A DNA stretch of 64,000 bases from Psilocybe cubensis. Lineage: Eukaryota. Below the pieces are notes generated by a model. It was not told the DNA's origin, made no database searches, and was given only the letters and a program-made list of their open reading frames with translations. Below, one piece after another: positions 63,131 to 64,000 of the stretch. Where the stretch lies: assembly GCA_017499595.2 (NCBI GenBank), contig CM039009.1:2418001-2482000 (forward strand), given 5' to 3'. Within the stretch, counting starts at the first letter, position 1, and the number at the start of each line of letters is the position of its first letter. The translations under genes and the position numbers were made by a program.

Positions 63131-64000
63131 GGTGTGGGATATGTGAACAATTAAAAAAGCAAATTTAAGCACTTACGATGGATGTGATTCACATGCATTG
63201 ATACCACCCGCCCCAACTGAGCTTCTCGATTCCTCTGCACCTCATTGTAGCCAACCCGCATACAGTCTGTCTTTAAGTATATGCACAGTCCCATTTCCAT
63301 GAGCGCTCACCGAACCCAATTCCAATGCTTTTCCTTTCCCTTCCAATGCAGATGTTGTGCCAAACCGAACGTGAGATTAAGAGATAACTCTGAACTTGGA
63401 TTTGAGCCGAAACAACGCGAAGCGAGGTAGGAATGCGCACTTACTCTGAAGCATGTCCGCAGAAGCGCTCTCGCTTACCCACGGGGTCCCATTCCTATTC
63501 CATCACTCCAACCCACTTCAGTAGTGGGACCACGTATGGTTCAAAATGGGCAATCCCGATCAACGGTTGGATGAAGCGGGAGATACGGTGTGGGTGAGTC
63601 ATGTGTATGGGCAATTGTTGCCTGTATCCCGCATAGGATACCTCCCAGAGCTATCACAGTGGAGAAGATGTTATAATTGGGAACGCACATACTGAAAACG
63701 GGGAGGCTAACTGAAGGGGCCTTGAGGTCGAATCGGGAACCGTGGATCGAATGGGTTGTGATGACGTATGCGGAATATATGCAGGCTGGAGCAAATTGGG
63801 CGCGTTGAACACAGTAGCTGCATAGAAAATTATCTGCTCATGGGAAACGTAAACGATTTAGCGAATTGTGCTTTCTGGACTCGGTGGCAACTTCGAACAG
63901 AGTCGGGACTCGGGAAGCAGGACACGTGCTAACACTGGGGGGTTTGGCATATATAGTCGGGCCCGTCTTCGTCGATTTCATGTCCGATTCCATATGTAAA

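Noticed and set aside
62000-64000. Overlapping ORFs, a degenerate ~400-bp direct duplication and possible minus-strand exons
   Set aside because: ORFs are driven by micro- and minisatellites and GC-rich repeats; no coherent gene model or element ends.

Overview
Eukaryotic, almost certainly agaricomycete (mushroom) DNA: many 50-75 nt GT-AG introns with CTRAY branch points, so the ORF track fragments the real genes. (1) Manual splicing reveals 13 copies (A-M) of one uncharacterised 7-exon gene family encoding ~210-225 aa, beta-rich proteins with no signal peptide. Six are intact, one runs off the window edge, and six are disabled by a frameshift, a nonsense codon, transposon insertion or deletion. 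Most copies share a 12-nt motif (consensus CTCGTCGTTAAA) 26-46 nt after the stop codon. (2) Interspersed genes are a CCL2-like beta-trefoil protein, a secreted DUF5648-like repeat protein and an MLKL-like-N-terminus/TPR protein with no visible NTPase domain, suggesting a fast-evolving defence-type island (inference). (3) The transposon load is heavy and the ends are resolvable: five CAC...GTG MITEs with 3-bp TSDs, an 8-bp-TSD MITE, a second short TIR element, and a 10.9-kb compound Mutator-like insertion (10-bp TSD) in the first codons of paralog J. That insertion contains a Helentron-like element carrying OB-fold-like and nucleotidyltransferase-like genes, itself interrupted by a sister element. 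An empty-site copy of the Mutator unit lies nearby. An apparently intact 5.7-kb TIR transposon (8-bp TSD) encodes a DDE transposase with a complete DEDDy 3'-5' exonuclease embedded in it. No rRNA, tRNA or CRISPR was found. All family names come from motif recognition by eye, not database searches.
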